From positions 1 to 64,000 of the forward strand of contig NW_026867441.1 in assembly GCF_020745735.1 (NCBI RefSeq): a stretch of 64,000 nt of DNA, written 5' to 3'. This DNA comes from Hemiscyllium ocellatum (lineage: Eukaryota). Shown piece by piece: positions 60,130 to 64,000 of the stretch (position 1 is its first letter; every line of letters begins with the position of its first letter). The position numbers and the translations under genes were made by a program. The notes beneath the pieces are model-generated. The model was not told the origin of the DNA and searched no databases. It saw nothing but the letters and a program-made list of their open reading frames with translations.

Positions 60130-63100
60130 TTGTGAAATATATACCTTTTCTATTCCCCATAGTCCCATTTGCCTGCATTTGGCTCATTTCCTATCCCTTT
60201 TCTCTTCCAATGTACCTGTTCAAATGTTTTTAAAATGTTTTAATCATACTCGCCTCTCCGACTTTCTCTGGCAGTTCATTCAATATCACTTTCTGCCAGA
60301 AAGAGGGATACCTCAGGTCCCTTTTGAATCTTTCCTCTTTCACTTTAAACCGCTGCCCGCTAGGTTTGCACTAACCTACCGTGAGGAAAAGACCTTAGCT
60401 AGTCACCTTATCTATGCCCATTATGATTTTATAAATCTCTAAAATGTCACCCTGAAGCTTCTGAGCTTCCAAAGAAAGTAGCCCTGCCTAACCAGTCTCT
60501 CCTTATAACTCAAACCCTCCAGTCTCGGTGACATCCTTGTCATCCTTTTTACACTCTTTCCAGTTGAATGCTATCCTTCCAATAGCAGGTGGATTGGAAA
60601 CGTGGCCGGACCAACATCTTGGGAAGCTGTAATGTCCCAACTCCCATACCCGATGAAGGCAAGTGTACCAAATGCTTTCTTCACCACCCTGTCTACACGT
60701 GACACCAGTTTCAATCCTCTATGTGCGTCCACCCCTTGGTCTCCCTGTTTGACAACACTCCCCATGGCCCCACAATTAACTGTGTTAGCCCTGGCCTGTA
60801 CCAAAATGCAACAGCTTGCTATTATCTCAATGCATAATGTAAATGTACTCTCAAATAGCCTTCTTCACTGACCATGAAACCGCCAATTTTGGTGTCATCT
60901 TCAAACTCACAAACTATACTTCCTATATTCTCATTCAATTTGTTTCTATAAATGACGAACAATGATGAACCCGGAAGCAATCCTTTCGCTTGTCACAGGC
61001 TTCCAGTCTGAACAGCAACCCTCTACCACCACACTCTGTCTCCAACCATCAAGCCAATTTTGTATTAATTAACTTGCTCTTCCTGGATCACATTTGATCT
61101 AACCTTACTAACCAGATGTCCATGCAGGAAATTATCAAAGGCCTTGCTAAAGTCCATGTAGACAATGTCTACCACTCTGCCCTCAGCTATCTTATTGGTC
61201 ATGTCCTCAAAAAAATTTGTAAGACACATTTTCCCACTGACAAAGCCATGTGGACTATCCCTAATCAATCCTTGTCTTTCCAAATGCATATAGATCCTGT
61301 CTATCAAATTCCCCTCCAACAATTTACCACGATCAGACTCACTGGTCTATAATTCCCTGTGTATTCCTTGCAGATCTCATTAAATAACAGCTCAACATTA
61401 GACACACCCCCGTCTTCCAGCACATCACCCGTGGCTGTTGATGATACAAACATCTCCACAAGGGGCATCACTGTCTCTTCCCAAGCTTCCCACAAAGTAT
61501 TGGGATGGAGCTGATCAGGTCCTGGGAATTTATCTATCTTTATGAGTTTAAAGAGCAGATTACCGCACGTCTTCTTCTGTAATATGGGCTCTTCTCAAGA
61601 CATCAACATTTATTTCCCAAATTTCCTTCACTTCCATGTCCTTCTCAACTGTAAATACTGAAGCAAAATATTATATTTGTAACTCATTCATACTCTGTTT
61701 TAAAATAAAATGTGAAAAATTCTAAGAGTGAAACATTGGAGGTGATCCATGGGATACGATCCATGATCATGGCTTTATGCTGGATTGTCCGTTGTCCTTT
61801 TCCATTGTTCCCCTAAACTTTATGATACAATGATCACTCTTCCCTAAATGTCCTCTCACTGACACTTGATCTACTTGGATTTCCTCATTCCCAAGATCTA
61901 GTTGCTGTCTCAGTTGATATTCTGACAATTAAAATCCTGTAATGTTTGCACCTCTCTGTAAATTCCTTGCAGGTTTGCTCCTCTACATCCTTCCCACTAG
62001 TCAGTGACCTACAGACTGCACTGAACAACCTGATTGCACCTTTTTGTTCCTTATCTTGAACCAAATCGATTCTGTCCTTGACCCCTTTGAGACACCTTCT
62101 TTCTCCAGCTCTGCACCGATCTCCTTAATCAATCCCACACCTCTCACCCTTTCCCCCCTTTCCTATCTTTCCTGAACACTTTGTATCCAGGAATATTTAA
62201 CACCCAGTCCTGTCTTCATTTGAACCTCATCTGTTAGAGCAACAACATCAGATTTCCACTTGGTAATCTGTGTCTGTAATTCCCCAGTCTTATTCCCCAC
62301 ACTCTGTGCAGTCCCATACATGCACAGCCAGCCAGATTTAGAATTTATTGCTGGCTCTCTCTCACTCTGACCCTGCCTAGGAAGTTACTACTCCTTACTC
62401 TGATGCGAACAATTTTTTCCAGGGTTCTGTGTTCCTTGGTGTTCCTTCCTGATATTACCCTCCTGGTTCCCACGGCCCTTCAATATTAATTTAAACCCTC
62501 TCCAACAGCACCAGCAAATCACCCCACGAGGAGCTCAATTCCTGCTATGTTCAGGAGCAACCCATCCAGTCTATAGAGGTTGCATCTCCCACCAGGTCAT
62601 TCCCAAAGACCCAAGAATCTAAAGCCCTCCCTCCTGGACCACATTTCCAGCCCACATCCACCTGTCTTATCTTCCTGTTCCTATCCTCACTTGCATTGGT
62701 CATGGGAGTAATCCAAAGATTCCTATTTTTGAGTTCCTGTTGCGAATTGCCTCCCAAGCTCCCTAAATTCTGACTGCAGGAGCACATCCTTTTTCTCCCT
62801 CTGTCACTGGGACCGATGTGGACCATGACTGCTGCCTGTTCCCCCTCTCCCCTCAGGGTGCTCTGCAGCCACTCAGTGACATCCTTGACCCTGGCACCAG
62901 GGAGACAACACACCATCCTGGATTCCCATCTGCAGCTGCAGAAAATCTTATCGATTGCCCTCACTCTCGAATCTCCTCTCACTATCGCTCTTCCAGTTCC
63001 TTGTGCCCCCCCTGTACAGCTTCCCCCCATCTTGGTGCATTGGCTGCATTCCCCAGATGAACCATCATTCTCATCGGGATTCTGAACTGAATTTTTGTTG

Positions 63101-63440
63101 GAGAGCGGGATGCACTCAGGGTATTCCTGTACTAGCTGCCTGGTCCTTTTGGACTGTCTGCTGCTTCCCCATTCCCTCTCTCCCTGCATACTCTGAAGCT
63201 GCAGAGTGACCACATCTAGAAACGTGCTCTCCACGGAGCTCTCAGCCTCACGGACGCTCCACACTGACACCAGCTGCTGCTCAAGCTCCGAAGCCCAGAG
63301 CTCCAACTGCTGTCACTGACCACACTTCCTGCTCACATTGTATTCCAGGAGCAGCTCGGAAGCATTCTGAAGTTCCCACAAGGAACAGGATGCATACTGT
63401 CTCCACTCTTTGGTTATCTCTTGGCAAAGTTCTAATGACA
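60130..63440 (-). mobile_element. CR1 ORF2 and ORF1 fragments downstream of J2
   Basis: GNYRPVSL, MDFSKAFD, MVCCLPGARVKDV on the minus strand. Confidence 0.82.
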
Positions 63441-64000
63441 AACAGCTCCAGCAGGGCTCACAATCCAGAGCTTTCAGTTTTCTGGGGTTTTGCAGAGTCT
63501 CTTCAAAAGATATCAGAATTAGGCCATTCGCCCCATCAAGTCTGCTGTGCTGTTTGGTCATGTGTTTCTCAAGACTATTCTCCTGCCTTCTTCCCATTAT
63601 GCTTGTTCGCCTTTCCAATCAGGAATCTATCAATGTCTGTCCTAAATACACTCAATGACTTCATCTCCACTGCAATGAGTTCCACAGATTAACCACCCTC
63701 TGGCAGAAGAAATTCCTTCGCATCTCAGTCCTAATGAGTTATCCCTAAATTCTGTGGCTGTGCCCTCTGGTCCTTGTTTCACTTACTGGTGGAAACATCT
63801 TCTCCACGTCCCTATCCAGACCTCTCAGTGTTGTGTAAGTGTATATGTGATCCTCCCATGTCCTTCTGAACTCCATCAAGTACACATCCAGAGTTCTCAA
63901 CCGCTCTCATCAGACCAGGCTGTCACCCCCAGGGTCATTCTTATAAACCTCCTCTGGATCTCCTCTAATACAAGCACATCCCTCCTTATATATGGGTCCC

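Larger units (their letters stand above)
57903..64000 (+). repeat. Right arm of the inverted segmental duplication
   Basis: Reverse-complement paralogy with about 1000-6482, including matching CR1 esterase-like ORF pieces (1934-2275 vs 62551-63306). Confidence 0.85.

Overview
Repeat-dense vertebrate genomic DNA, almost certainly from a cartilaginous fish. The V/J/leader sequences resemble nurse-shark NS4-type kappa light chains as I recall them, and the SINEs resemble the shark HE1/V-SINE family; both are recognised from memory, not from a database search. The window holds two unrearranged immunoglobulin kappa-type leader-V-J units in divergent (head-to-head) orientation: unit 1 on the minus strand (5291-6326) and unit 2 on the plus strand (58059-59181). 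No C exon is visible. The units sit in the arms of an inverted segmental duplication. V1 has a 10-bp-spacer RSS, a 2-bp deletion relative to V2's canonical 12-bp spacer. The promoter-leader-intron-FR1 tract is about 98% identical between units while the rest of V is much more diverged. A non-coding block carrying Ets-IRF, Runx and E-box motifs occurs three times: upstream of each V and in a third, V-less copy of the upstream module. An interstitial telomeric array containing a 160-N gap is inserted about 750 bp upstream of the V2 start codon, and the matching empty site is visible in unit 1. The remainder is decayed CR1/L2-type LINEs, Penelope-like elements (some with hammerhead motifs), SINEs, Gypsy fragments and simple repeats. 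TE boundaries and identity figures are by-eye estimates.
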